Below are positions 39,032-52,990 of a DNA stretch of 64,000 nt, piece by piece. The DNA comes from Lama guanicoe (lineage: Eukaryota): assembly GCA_013239625.1 (NCBI GenBank), contig MU057332.1:11166645-11230644 (forward strand). The letters run 5' to 3'. A program made the position numbers and the translations under genes. A model generated the notes under the pieces. That model saw only the letters and a list, made by a program, of their open reading frames with translations, searched no databases and was not told the DNA's origin. Every line of letters starts with the position of its first letter. The first letter of the stretch is position 1.

Positions 39032-42000
39032 GCACAGGAATAACTAGGTCACAGTCATGTTCTCAAGACTCTGAATCCCCAGTCACAACTCTTCCATGAT
39101 AAAGGAATCTGGGTACAAACTGATTGAACCAAGGTTTTTCCTTTCTCAGGCCAACTAATATTTTCTCCTCTGTAACTTGAGTTAGAAACTCAGTTCCTGA
39201 GATAAAACATTTAGGTTTAGGAACCGCTGATTAATTCCAAGGGAACATTCAAACGTCTGCCACCCCACTCCTTCCTGGCCCACTTAAATTAGACTTTATT
39301 TTTTCCCTCACTTTATCTATTGTAATATGCTCTGGCATTTGCACAATAAGAATGCAATCAGGAAACAGACGAACTAGCCTGCTAAATAAACAAAGTCTGT
39401 TCCTGCTCGAATTCAGGGGTCCAAAGAACGCTCATCACCCCTCCTTCCCTGAAGAGTGGAGAGGCAACAGCTTGTGACTCCTCCGCAGTGCAGTCTGTTC
39501 TTCGGTGGCTGGTGATTCTCCCTAACGCATGAATTAATTAACGAAAAGTTAGGAAGTAAGCTGGCTGATACAGCATGATCATCTTCCTTACAACCCTGTC
39601 CCATAAGGTCCGAGGTGGCATACAAATTAAGATTTGTACATTTATGATACATAGTTTGTTGTAAAAGCAACCGCCGCGAAATGATTGATTTGTGTAACTT
39701 AAGAATTCAATTCAAAAAGAAATTAAGCTGTTGCCACATAGCTATTACTAAAATAATATTGCTCTTTATACCAACAATCTTGGAAAAGGCTATCTACAAG
39801 AAAAACTTGAAGATTAGAATACATATTTTTGGCCGCGGATGGGAGCAGGGAATTAAAAGTGACTCTGTTAGTTCAAATATTTGAAAAGAAAAGAATATTT
39901 TAAAGTCAGACTTTCTGAAGTTGGCAAATGGCTCAAAGTCATTTTTAGTTTATTTACTAAAAAAGAAAAATAAGGAAGAGAATTCAAACCTCCAAGGTAA
40001 GAAGCACCTCTACGTGTGTGCTCAAAAAGTATGTTCACGGGGATAGTGACTGAATGTTACGGATAAGACAATACAGGATAGGGCAGTACTTCTGCTGGTA
40101 ATAATGTTATTTTTCACGCTGTGTAGCACTACTGTGGACAGGGCTGGCTAGAAGCATCTGTGGCTTGACTATCCTCTGATAATGTTCCACTTCTAGACCT
40201 GTACTCTCCAAAGTGCATCCTGTGATTGATTTCTAAGTGAAAAAAAAAAAAGTCACTTGCAAAAAATGCATCTCCAACTTGGTGACGTTTTTAGACACTT
40301 TCAGTGCCCATGTACCCAAGTGGTGGACACAGCGTTGAAAGGAGGGCAGGCAGTCCAGAAACAACGTGAAGACCAGAGATTCCATCAGGAGCAATGAAAA
40401 GTCTTACTGGGTATCATGATAAATGTCTGAGTGTAGCAATTACAGTGGAGAATGATAAACTACTCTTTGTGAGATTGTAATGGATAATTTCCTGGCAAAA
40501 ATCAGTTCTTAAAAACATCATATTAATTGAATTTAGGACTAATTTCGCGTATGAAGCAAAATAGTTATACAATTCCCAGTATGTTTGTTCCTTAGTCTTA
40601 ATAAATGCCTTTCAATTTTTCTCTTTGTAATGTGGTTTCAGCTACATACAGTTGAACATATATTTCTACCACCCTCTCAAAAAAAAAAAAATCAGGGAAG
40701 GAAGAGAATAGGTGTTTTCATTTCTTTTTTTTTTTTTTTATCTTCTATAAAGTCTCAACTCCCCTGAGGCTAGCCTTCTGAAACCTGTGGGTGTTTAGAA
40801 CAGCTCAGGACTCTGAAGAACAATGAAGAGACGACCTCCAGCACTCTCCAGACATAGATGTGGAGTTCTTTGAACCAGCCCGAGTCTTCCCTCAGCCTTC
40901 ACTCGAGAAGAACTACGTAAGAAAAGGCACTCTATGTCCTATCCCTTCAGAAAGTGTTAAGGAAAGAAAAATTAAGTTATTAAATCGGGGACATTCAGGC
41001 ACCATGTCCTAGGAAGTGCTCCTGGTCAATGAATACCTCTTCTATACTTAATCAAAGCCACGCACACTTTGATTCAATTCCCCCAAATTGCCCTATGTGT
41101 GGTAGGGTACATATCCTTTTCAGCAACCATTAGGACTAAGAGGGTTATCACTAGTACGAACTTCCTGAATTTAAACAAGGAGTCCATTAGACAAATAACT
41201 TGCTTATTCCAAAATCAGTTAATCCACATTAATACAAATGTTCTTCTAAGATGGAACAAATGAATGAAAGATAACATGGGAAAAGAGCCCAGACAATAAG
41301 AGTCTAAGGATAAATTTGCGCTGGATAAAAGAACAAGTTCTTCCTTGTTTCTCAAGACAGTAATTGGCCTTCCTGTCGTTTCTCTGAAATGCCTTGGATG
41401 AGAATACTTGCTGTGATAGCATAACCTCATGTTAGCATTTTATACTTATTTAGTGAAGAGGAAGTTTCTGAAATATGTTTAACCTTGTATATTCAGAGTT
41501 TAAAAAGGATATAGGAGTCAATGGAGAGCTACAAATTGTAAATTTTGAAACTGAAGAAATTATGACATTTGGATTTTTTTTTTTTGCAGTTACTGAAGTT
41601 AAAAAAGGAAGCCTGAAATATCCACCCTTCTTGTTATTTCTCAATCCAACATCTTATTTTAATTTTCTTTTTCTTCCTCTCCAGTTTTCCCAGTTGCTTT
41701 TCGGCCAACAGATCTTCATACCTACCCAGACTGTGACACTATCAAAGAACACACAGCCACTACACACACACCATGGCTAAGAGAAAACAGAGTTTCTTAG
41801 ACCATTAGACCTGAAAATCTAACAAACATGACACTTGGATTTCTTGGTGCAATTAAAAAACAGCTGTTAAAAGTTTGCAGCTTCCTAGCAGTATGAAATA
41901 TGAAATATATCCCCTGCCTTTTGTAGATCAATCAATGGATCGATTAGTCCCTTCCTCTCTCAGCCTTTCCTTGGAAATTCCACATTATATCCCCTCTGAT

Positions 42001-42694
42001 ATTAGCTTTTCAGGCTTCTGAGATGCTTCACATATTATTAAATACTGCCCCAAGTGCACTCCATAAACTGGCTCTTCAGTGGGACTTGGTAAGGTAACAT
42101 TCAGCTTATGGATGACAGATAACCTACAGTTAAGAGATTAGACTGGGTATTTCGGAGCAACCATGGTTAAGGGCATGGGAAAAAAAAAAGAAACAAAATC
42201 TACTTAGACCATTCCAGTGATGCTAGACTATGCCAAAAGCCACACACCCAAACTTGAATGTCTTCTGAAAGCCAGATCTCCTTGTGACCAAATGTTTCTC
42301 AGAGGAAGAAAATTGATAGCATATTAATCCATGTCAACTTCAGGCAACCCAAAGCAATCCATTAACGCTTTTCATTTTTATCCCATTTTCAGCCATAGAT
42401 TTGATATAGTTACTATTCTGTCCACAGAGTTAAACTTAACCTAATTATAATTTCATTACCAAGTAGAGGGAGTCAGAGGGGTAGGAAGCTACCCACTGAA
42501 ACAGTGACTAGAACTGTGTGCACTGGTACAGTGGGGCAGACAAGAATCAAACACCAGCTCCAACTCAGCTTACAATCATTAAGTGAGGCAGAGTTAGCTC
42601 AGACATCATTACAGTCAAACACTGGTAAATCACTCCATCCACTCCAAACCCAGTCCTGTCTCTAACAGTGACAGACTGCATATCCGCTGGGTCC

Positions 42695-42810
42695 ATTCTT
42701 TTACTCAGTATTTACTGAGCATCTAGTATGTGTCAGCCATTATTCTAGGTGCTGTGACAAAACAGGCGAAAATCCCTGTTTTCATGGAGCACGTGCTCTA
42801 GGTAAGATAT
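42695..42810 (-). mobile_element. L2 3' fragment
   Basis: tatttactgagcatctagtatgtgtcagccattattctaggtgctg...atccctgttttcatggagc. Confidence 0.7.
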
Positions 42811-43312
42811 TCTCTGACTCTAAATTCCCACTTGTTTTCGTTAAGAACGAAACTGCAAACCTCCTGACGTGTGCATTAAGAACATGAACTGATCATAAAC
42901 GGAATCCAAGCCCTTCCCTGAACACGCACTCAAAAATAGCTGATCTGACTTCACAGTCACAGAAATTACAGCAGAGCAGTACATTCATTCATACGTCCAG
43001 ATTCTCCATGCCTGTGTATACTCAGGGTCTACTGAGACTACATTCTCTTCCTATTCTATTCACAGCTCAGTTTCAACTAAACTCCACAATCCATCTTGAT
43101 ATTCATCTTATGCCTAGGGAAAAGTGTTTTCATCATACAATATTGACTTATGATCTGCTTACAATGAAAAACAAGCTCTCCCCAACAAATTCAATCCAAG
43201 AGATGTGCCTAGTCACCTAAAATTAAGTACTTTAAAACTTGATCTGGAGACTGATAGTTACCGAGAATGGAAATAGCAAATATCAGCAGCCCAACTGACA
43301 ATCAAAGAGGTA

Positions 43313-45795
43313 NNNNNNNNNNNNNNNNNNNNNNNNNNNNNNNNNNNNNNNNNNNNNNNNNNNNNNNNNNNNNNNNNNNNNNNNNNNNNNNNNNNNNNNN
43401 NNNNNNNNNNNNNNNNNNNNNNNNNNNNNNNNNNNNNNNNNNNNNNNNNNNNNNNNNNNNNNNNNNNNNNNNAAACCCATGCACTTATAGTCAAGTAATC
43501 TACAACAAAGAAGGCAAGAATATACAACAGAGAAAAGACAGTCTCTTCAACAAGGGGTGCTGGAAAAACTGGACAGCTACAAGTAAAAGAATGATATTAG
43601 AACATTTCCTCACATCATATACAAAAATGAACTCAAAATGGATTAAAGACTTAAATGTAAGACCATAAACCATAAAACTCCTAGGAAAAAATGTAGGCAA
43701 AACATTCTTTGACATAAGTCACAGCAATATTTTTTTGGCTCTGTCTCCTCAGGCAAAGGAAACAAAAGTAAAAATAAACAAATGGGACCCTAATTATACT
43801 TAAAAGTTTTCAATATCGCTACTTACCAGAGAAATGCAAATCAAAACTACAATAAGGTATCACCTCACACCAATCCGAATGGCCATCATTAAAAAGTCCA
43901 CAAATGATAAATGCTGGAGAGGCTGTGGAGAAAAGGGAGCCCTCCTGCCCTGTTGGTGAGAATGTAGTCTGGTGCAGCCATTATAGAAAACAGGATGGAG
44001 ATTCCTTAAAAATCTGAAAACAGACTTATCCTATGATTCAGCAATCCAACTCATGGGCATATATCTGGAGGAAGCTCTAATTTGAAAAAATATATGCACC
44101 CTAGTGTTCACAACAGCACTGTTTACAACAGCCAAGACATGGAAGGAACCTAAATACCCATCCACAGATAACTGGATAAAAAAGATATGAAATACAGCTA
44201 TAAAAGAATGAAATAATGCCACCTGCAGCAATATGGATGGACCTGGAGATCATCATAATAAGTGAAGTAAGTCAGACAGAAAAAAAAAACAAACATTTTA
44301 CAACATCACTTAAATGTGGAATCTAAAAAATAGTACAAATGAATATATTTACAAAACAGAAACAGACTCACAGACATAGAAAACAAACTTATGGTTACCA
44401 AAGTGGAGAGGGGGTGGGGAGGGATAAATTGGGAGTTTGGGATTTGCAGATACTAACTAATATATGTAAAAGAGATAAACAACAAGGTCCTACTGTATAT
44501 CACAGGGAACTATATTCAATAACTTTTAATGGCCCATAATGAAAAAGAATATGAAAAAAATATATGTATATATATAAATGAATCACTATGCTGTATACCA
44601 AACATTAACACAACATTGTAAATCAACTGTACTTCAATAAAAATAAATAAAAGCTTTTGCATGCAACAAAGGAAACCACCAATAAAACAGAAAAAAAAAA
44701 CTACCAGATGGGAGAAAATATCTGAAAATGATATGACTAATAAGGGGTTAATATCCACAATATATAAACAGTTCCTACAACTCAATATCCAAATAACAAA
44801 CAACCAGATTTANNNNNNNNNNNNNNNNNNNNNNNNNNNNNNNNNNNNNNNNNNNNNNNNNNNNNNNNNNNNNNNNNNNNNNNNNNNNNNNNNNNNNNNN
44901 NNNNNNNNNNNNNNNNNNNNNNNNNNNNNNNNNNNNNNNNNNNNNNNNNNNNNNNNNNNNNNNNNNNNNNNNNNNNNNNNNNNNNNNNNNNNNNNNNNNN
45001 NNNNNNNNNNNNNNNNNNNNNNNNNNNNNNNNNAATTTAAACTGGTTACTTGTGGAACAGTATGGAAACTGCTCCAAAAAACCTAAAAATAGAACTACCA
45101 TATGATCCAGCAATTCCACTCCTGGGTATATATCTGAAGAAAACAAAAACACTAATCGGAAAAGANNNNNNNNNNNNNNNNNNNNNNNNNNNNNNNNNNN
45201 NNNNNNNNNNNNNNNNNNNNNNNNNNNNNNNNNNNNNNNNNNNNNNNNNNNNNNNNNNNNNNNNNNNNNNNNNNNNNNNNNNNNNNNNNNNNNNNNNNNN
45301 NNNNNNNNNNNNNNNNTATATATATGACGGAATACTATGCAGCCATAAAACGGAATGAAATTTTGCCATTTGCAACAATATGGATGGACCTGGAGAGTAT
45401 CATGCTTAGCAAAATAAGTCAGACAGAAAAAGACAAATACTGTATGCTATCACTTACATGTGGAATCTAAAAAATACAACAAACTAGTGAATATAACAGA
45501 AAAGAAACAGGCTCATAGATATAGAGAACAAACAAATTGTTACTGGTGGGGAAAGGGAAGTGATGAAGGCAAGAAAGAGATAAGGGATGAAGAAATACAA
45601 ACTACTGTGTATAAAAATAAATAAGCCACAAGGATATATTGTACAGCCTGGCAAATATAGCCAATATTTTATAACTGTAAATGAAATCTATAAAATCTAT
45701 AAAAATTTTACATCACTATGTTGTACACCAGAAATTAATATAATATTGTAAGTCAACTAAACCTTAATTAAAAAACTAATAAAATAAAATAAAAA
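43313..45795 (+). mobile_element. 5'-truncated L1 (ORF2 C-terminal remnant plus 3' UTR); contains gaps at 43313-43472, 44813-45033 and 45166-45316
   Basis: ORF2-like peptides DSLFNKGCWKNW...NSKWIKDLNVRP and LKIELPYDPAIPLLGIY, and an A-rich tail. TSD caaagaggta at 43303-43312 and 45796-45805. Confidence 0.92.
43811..44647 (+). mobile_element. Second, younger L1 (~840 bp) nested in the host L1
   Basis: Abrupt jump to the ORF2 3' end (agagaaatgcaaatcaaaactac), with its own 3' UTR and aataaa tail. TSD taaaag(t/c)ttt at 43801 and 44648, after which the host sequence resumes. Confidence 0.88.
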
Positions 45796-47169
45796 CAAAG
45801 AGGTATGTGAGATGGAGAGGAAAGAAGAAAGATAGAGCTAAGATAAAAAAGATAATTAAAAATAGCTAAAAGCAATTCTAAAGGTGATTGCCGGTCCAAG
45901 AGCCAGGCAAATATTTGTTGGAGACTGTGGATGCATCATAGTCTGGGCTGAGTTGGAAAACACATCTCATTCCTAAATACCTGCCTTAGTTAGATGAGAC
46001 ACAGCCAGCTTCCTTTACTATAAAACTTGAGTAGACTCACAAGATTGCTCCAAGGACCAGATGAAAAAGTGTGCATGTCAATAAAGCACAGCATAGACAT
46101 AAAGGATCACATGACTTTGGCTTCTCTGAGGTACCAGTACTTTGCAGAATTCACTTGGCTACATTTGACACTCCTCATGGCTTAAAAAAGGTCAAGGGGA
46201 CAACCATCCATGAAAAGCAGAGATGACAGATCACTCATTTCTTATTTGAGTTCTAAGAAATTCAAGAAATAAACTTTTCCTAAAAACTATTCATTTATCC
46301 ACTCATCTATTCAACAGATACTTATGGAACTACACAGTGCCCAAAATGAGAGACAAAATGGTAAATGAAATAGATGCAGTCCCCTTCCTCATAGAACATA
46401 AAAGTACTAAAAAAACTAGCAAAAAACCCCATACATCATTCTTACATACAGCCACACACCATGCAGCACGATTTCATATATTGTGCACAGTGGGCCTCCA
46501 CTAATATTTGCTGTTTAATTTCTAAGATATATTAGACAGTTAATCCATCCAAAGCCCACAGAACCACATGTGGTATTGTAAAAACGGCATGACCAAACAG
46601 CATGTTGCTAGGTGGTTGTTGTTATTGTTCACAGAAACCATTACAAATGTATCTAGTGACTGAGGTGGTGGCCATGACTTGTCCAAATAGTAAATGATTT
46701 ATTGACACCAGAATTGCTGTTATGACATCCAAAGGCGTACCCTGGGGACAAGTCTGCATGCGTCCACTCAAAAGCATGCATTATCTCAAAATACTTGATG
46801 CCTGAACAAACCATTTTCATGGTGTACTTGTTTTATGTATTTTAAGGGCATCTAAGTTCTAGTTTAATTACTTTCCTGGGGGAAAGCTGGGAGTCAGAAT
46901 CCCTATAAAAGCACAAGGATGATAGGAAAAGCAATACGAGTAACATAAAATTCAAGACCCCTCTGGTCTTGAAGGGCACAGGAAACCTACAAGAACGCTC
47001 CCATCCTGAGTCAGTATTCGGGGGCTCTTTAGGGCAGATTCTCAGGACAACCTGAGCCACCAGGCTTCTCATCTGCAGAAAATCTACAGTGTTAATATTC
47101 CCTAGGGTGGCGTCCTGGCACCGCTGCACACGTCTTAATGAGCTGTGTGTAGAGAGCTCCCCTACAACG

Positions 47170-47565
47170 TCCCCCTGACCACTGCTTCTTTCTCCTCCTG
47201 TCACTCTCTCACTGTCTGGACTCTGTCCATAAAGCTTTCAAAAGTTTCCTCAAGCACACAGACGTCTGCCATCTTAGGACCTTTACGCGTATTCTTCCAC
47301 TTACCTAGAAAGCTTCTCCTCACTCTGCCCACAGCTGGCGACTTCTCCCCATTAGAGAGCCCCCCCACCCCGACCATCAGTCCATACGGGTCACTGTTCT
47401 CCACCCTCATTCCTTCTATTTTCCTTCCTGGCCTTCGCCACATTGGTACTTAGGTGTTTCTGTGGTTACTTGTTTAATCTCCGCTTCCTCCACTAGAATG
47501 TAACTCTGGAGGACAGAGGTTAAGTGTCCAGTCCTTAGCACAGTGCCCAGGATATAACTGATGCA
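47170..47565 (+). mobile_element. L2 fragment
   Basis: cttcctccactagaatgtaactc...cttagcacagtgcc. Confidence 0.6.
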
Positions 47566-48464
47566 GGGCGGATAAACTCACAGCTCTTCTTAGAATGATT
47601 TCTTTTTAGTTTACTTTAATACCTTTCCGTGGATACATTTAGCAAAACTGAACTCTAGTGAGTGAGGTTTGAAATTTATGGATTTAAAATACCCCGTATT
47701 TTGGCTCCTCTAGCTTTAGTCCTCCAAGACTAACACGTTTAGTCCTTCGCAACTAAAGAAGAGTGGCATGTGGATTCTGCAAATAAAAGCATCTCTCCAC
47801 ACACCTAAACTGACTGCCCTATTTATAGACTCAAGTGCTTATACCCACCTAGAAAGATAAATAAATACTTCACGTAAGCATTCAGTTTATTTGCTGATGG
47901 ATAATCTTCTGTTACCTCTCACCAAACTTAAGCAGCCACATTTCAAAAATTTTATATTATTTTAATTTATTGTTCATATTATTATAAATGTACCTCTTAT
48001 ATTTACCTGCTGGCCTTTGTGAAGAGGGAAGTTCATTCCCCTTCTGCATCTGTGTGTATAGGAAGCAAAACCTTTTAGCAAACTTGGCTCAGTTGTTGTG
48101 AAGAGATGTTTTTCGGGGCTACAGTCGTCACTGCATTTCACCCCTTCACTCTCTCCTTCCTTTATTACTATCTGCACTACTGGGGTGTTAGCTTTTGCTG
48201 TGACTGGAACAATTGAGTGTGTACTAAAGAAAAGCATATGGTTGACATGATACCCAAGTGAGAAGGCTTCGTCTGTATAGAAGACCCCAAAAATACGCTG
48301 TTCCAGTAAGATAGCAAAACCTCTAAGTGGGAAAACATAGTCACAATGGGGCCTCTACATTTAGATGAATTTTGTTGGCTTTGGTGGTAGCTGAAAGTCT
48401 CAGGATACTGTTATGAAGCATTTTTCAACCAAGATTACTCTCACTTTTCATGAGAATGAGAATG

Positions 48465-48680
48465 GTAACAGCAAATACCTAATTAGCATGTATCATGTAG
48501 GTGCTGGGCCCCATGCTTTGTACTTTGTGTATTATCTCATTTAATCTTCCTAACGACCTCACTAGATAGGTACAGTTATTGTCCCCGTGATACAGATTAG
48601 GAAACTGTGGCTGAGAGAAAAGACCTCACAGCCAACAAATGGCAGGATTTTCTTCAGAGTCTGCGTTCTTAGCCAGTTTC
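48465..48680 (-). mobile_element. MIR fragment
   Basis: attatctcatttaatcttcctaac...tacagattaggaaactgtggctgagaga. Confidence 0.75.
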
Positions 48681-50942
48681 CCAGGCATGGTCAGGTGGTT
48701 TTTTTTAAAGCATGATGTCTCTTAATTAGGCATCTTAAATTAAAATATTAAAAATTATTGTCATGTGAGATTGACCAGTTGGAATGAGGACTTGTCTGGA
48801 ATAAAATTTAGTTTTGAAAACAATTTCCCTATCATTTCCCCTCATTCATTAAAAAACAAAAGAGTAACAGCTCAGGAGGCACAAGAACCAGGGAGACCTG
48901 CGCACCCTTCAGGCTGGCTCAGTACTGGGCTGCAACGACTTGTCGGAGGCACTGCCTTGTGTTTGGTTTTGTGATAGCTGGTTCTGCTCGGCAGTGTGGG
49001 AAACGCTGTAGAAAGAAGTGAATGCTAAATAAGGTCTGAAGAGAAATAGCTCTGTCTATTCCACATGATGCCAGTTTTTTAAAAATTAGAGACTTTTCTA
49101 TGGTGTTTTAAGGGTTGTTTTCCTCAAAGAGGGCAATTCTAAAATCTATTACACACTGTTTTCCAAAGCCAGTTTTCTATCATTAAGATGTATGTATGTA
49201 TGTATGCCTCAGCTTTTTATGTTTCCCAGTGCAACAAGAAGGTTCCAAAATATTCCCCATGCTGCAAGTATAGCTTACAAATCACCATTCAAAGAGTGAA
49301 TCAAAATTTGCTTCTGGTGGGTCATGGCTTTGCCTTTGTCTTTAAAAGCTCACTAGTTTCAGTTTAAAGACTGCTTCACTGGAATCCCTAACAGAATATA
49401 AGTTTTTCCATTGGGACGTTAGGAAAGAAATGATCCCAAAGTGCTAATACATATTCATAAGAACATTTTTAATGTAGGTAAAGTTTGCCCCCAGACCCGT
49501 GCGTCTTCTCTCTCTGCCTGGTGGAGTGTCCTACCACAGTGAAGGTCAACGCTGCCTCCTACGAGAAGACAGGCAAGAGGACAAGGCTCTGCAGGGACAG
49601 AGATCGAAACAGGCCTACTTTATGAACTGCACCATTAGGACATTCTCTCTTTCCTGAGGAAATACATATTCCAACCTACTGTTTACTTATAAAGCTCCTC
49701 TGAAACAGTTCAGACAAAAGGGATTGCTGTAAAGGGATATGGCGGGCAAGCTGGAGAACATTTCCTTCCACGGGTTCCACAGAATCACTTCCCACATACT
49801 TCAGTTATCCACACTATACTCATGTTTCCGTGGGAAATACAGGTGGATTTGTAGGTACTAATCTCAGGGTAACTTTTTTTAGAAATGTTGTATTAAACAG
49901 ATATAAAATTGCATTAAAATATATTTCATATTTAAATACTCTCATCAACCTCGAGATCCCACAGTGAAATTAACAAAGATTTAATAAACATCTACTCTCT
50001 TCACAGCACTGAGCTTGGTACTCAATAAGGCAGGGAGAAGTACCAGATACAGTTTTTGGAAGAAGATACGTAAGTCAGCAGTTTATATTCCCCACACTAG
50101 AACTAGATTAGCAAATTTTATAATACCCAAAGCATGGATTCCAATCGGCCAAATTTCATTTTTAAAGAAAATACTGAATATGTATATTTACCTATGTTCC
50201 TATCTGTGTGTATGCATAGATTTATATTTTGAGTTAATGTCATTTATGTTTCACTGAGTGGAGAAAATATTTTTAAGAAACCTTAAAATATTACAACTTG
50301 CTTTTAAGGCTTCCTAAAAGCCATGAAATAGGATTCTCGATATTTTATGCTGATGTAACTATTTCAACACAAGAATCAATAAGTATCGTGGAAAAAAGTT
50401 TTTTGACAAGGTAAATATGCTTATTCCTTACCTCTCACTAAACATCATTAAAAACAGCATCCCCAAAGATAAGAACTAGGTCGCCCAATTATTTTAAAAT
50501 GTAATAAAATGCAAGAAAAATAGGAACTAATTAGAGGAATAAAAGTACTAAAATGGCTGATTTGACTTAAAGTGAATGACAAAGACCAAAAGTTTACTAT
50601 ATGCATTAACCATTCACTAGACATATGAATGGGGTCCAGGCAGCCAGAGGTGGTAATGTCAGCGAAGCTGCAACAAAATTGATGGGGTTGGGTGGTGGAG
50701 CTCCCTATGGTCAGGACAGGATGGGGGAAGAAATACATCTTAAACTTGACTTTGAAGGAAAATATTTAATCAATCTGTAAAAGGAAGCTCTAGCTCCAAG
50801 GACATTTGATGCTCCTAGTTCTGGTAAGTAGTCCACTCAAGGGCTGGAAAGATGACAAGCACGCCAGCCACATCAAACCTTTCAGAACCAGAAACTGATC
50901 ACTATTTAACGGGATAGTCCACTTTGCCTCAGTTATACTGTA

Positions 50943-51410
50943 TTTTTTATTGAAGTATAGTTAATTTAGAAATATTAGCTTCAGGTGTACAACATAGTGA
51001 TTTGATATTATCACAGGTTATATACTCCATTTAAAGTTATTATAAAATAATGGCTATATTTCCCTGTGCTGTATCCTAGATCCTTGTTGCTTATCTATTT
51101 TATACATAGTAGTTTGTATCTCTTAATCCCACACCGCTATCTTGTCCCTCACTCCTTCCCTCTCCCTGCTGGTAACCATTTCTTTGTTCTCTGTATCTGT
51201 GAGTCTGTTTCTGTTTTGTTATATGTATTCATATTTGATTTTTTAGATTTCACATATAAGTGATAACACAGAGTATTTGTTTTTCTCTGCCTAACATTTC
51301 ACTAAGCATAGTCCTCTCTAGGTCCAACCATGTTGTTGCAAATGGCAAAATTTCATTATTTTATGGCTGAGTAATAATATATATAAAACACATCTGCTTT
51401 ATCCATTCAT
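50943..51410 (-). mobile_element. L1 3' end (~470 bp), sense to FBN1
   Basis: ttttattgaagtatagtt...ggctatatttccctgtgctgta...ttagatttcacatataagtgata...ttgttgcaaatggcaaaatttcat, the reverse complement of the 3' UTR type seen at 45320-45790. Confidence 0.9.
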
Positions 51411-52672
51411 CATACTTTAGAACATTTGAGAACCAAACCCCAGAGATTACATTTAATTAATTTCAAAATTTTATTAATTCTAAAATTAATAGATCTGAAA
51501 GTGCTGGATTAAACGATGTAAAAACAGTTACCTTCCTTCAGGAATCCCAAGAGCTAATATGCTAATACATCCAGTGCCTTTTCAAAAAGATGACATGGTG
51601 TAGAGTTTCTGAAACACTATTGACCATGGAAATTTCATTACATGGGACCCTGTGGGACTAATGTTCTACAAAAAGCACTTTGGCACATCATCTGGACCAC
51701 AAAGTCCCATATATTTGTTCAGTGTACATTTATAAACCCAAACCGGCACAGACTCTCTAGAGGCCATAACTACTAGGGAACAGAAACACTGAGCATTTTC
51801 AAGGTCTCTCAGTTGAGCGTGTAAAATTGGTAAGGGTCTCCAGACTGCTAGCCATAGGATTAAGCTAAAATGGTTTCAGAAATAGATCAGTCCACTCACT
51901 AATTTATGGATACAAAGGGGAATTTTTAGAAATCTCAGTCCATGCATTCTACAGAAACTGCACAGAAGCACAGCCCAGTAGAACAGAAGGGCACCACAGA
52001 GAGATCAGAAATAGACCTTCTCTTCTTTGGAGCTAAGCAAGTTGACATCACGTCCCCGCCTCGTCTCTCCTAGGAGGTCTCCCAACACCGAGAAGCTGGC
52101 ACAGCAGGCACTTCCTAAGGGTGGCTGTTTCCTCCCCTTTACCCTGGTCAGTTCCAGCCTCTGCCTCTTTGTACTCTTCCCTCCATCTGTAGGTAACCAC
52201 TTCTTTGCTCATCTACTCTGACTCACTAAATCTATGCCCTGCATGGTTTTTTAACTCTTTTATATATGCATTTCTTTCTTTCCCAAAAATGATTTTCAGT
52301 CCCTGATGACAAGAACCATATACTTCCTTCTGATTCCATCATGTGCCTAGCTTAGGGCAGGGCCTTTAGGAAATATTTGCTATGGCTGTTACATCTAATT
52401 GACGTGACTACAAGAGGTTTCGCTCATCACTCTTATTTGAACAAAATTTCACCTAGACAAATATCCTCAGAAATTAGACTCTAATCTGAGGTCCCTCGTG
52501 CTGTAGTTTTTTTAAAAACTGGTTTACTTTTAAGTATCACCACAGGCTTTGATTCCCCTAAGACTCGCTTTCTTAAAAGCTGAATAAACAGCACCAGGAA
52601 GAAAGAAAATAAGAGACCTGACAGAAACCGTAGGTGAAGTGAAGATGTGTATTACCAGGAACAAAGCTCTAG

Positions 52673-52990
52673 AAACATGCTGTCCAATATGGTAGTCACA
52701 GGGCACACGTGGCTATTAGCTGGCCTGAACTGAGATGTGACATAACATATGCATTAGAGATCAAAGACTTCGTATGGAGAAAAGAATGCAAAACATCTCA
52801 ATAACTTTTAATACTATTTTAATACTCAATAGCTTTTAATATCTATTAAAATAAAACTTCTGAATATACTGGGTTAAATAAGATGTATTATGAAAATTAA
52901 TTTTACCTATTTCTTTTTACTTTTTCATGTGGCTCCTCAAAAAGTTAAAATTATATATGTGGCTCACATTGTATTTCTATGAGTGTTGTT
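52673..52990 (-). mobile_element. MER33-like hAT-Charlie DNA transposon
   Basis: gctgtccaatatggtagtcac...cacgtggctatt...gggttaaataa...atgtggctcacattgtatttctat, with tctag-type target sites on both flanks. Confidence 0.85.
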
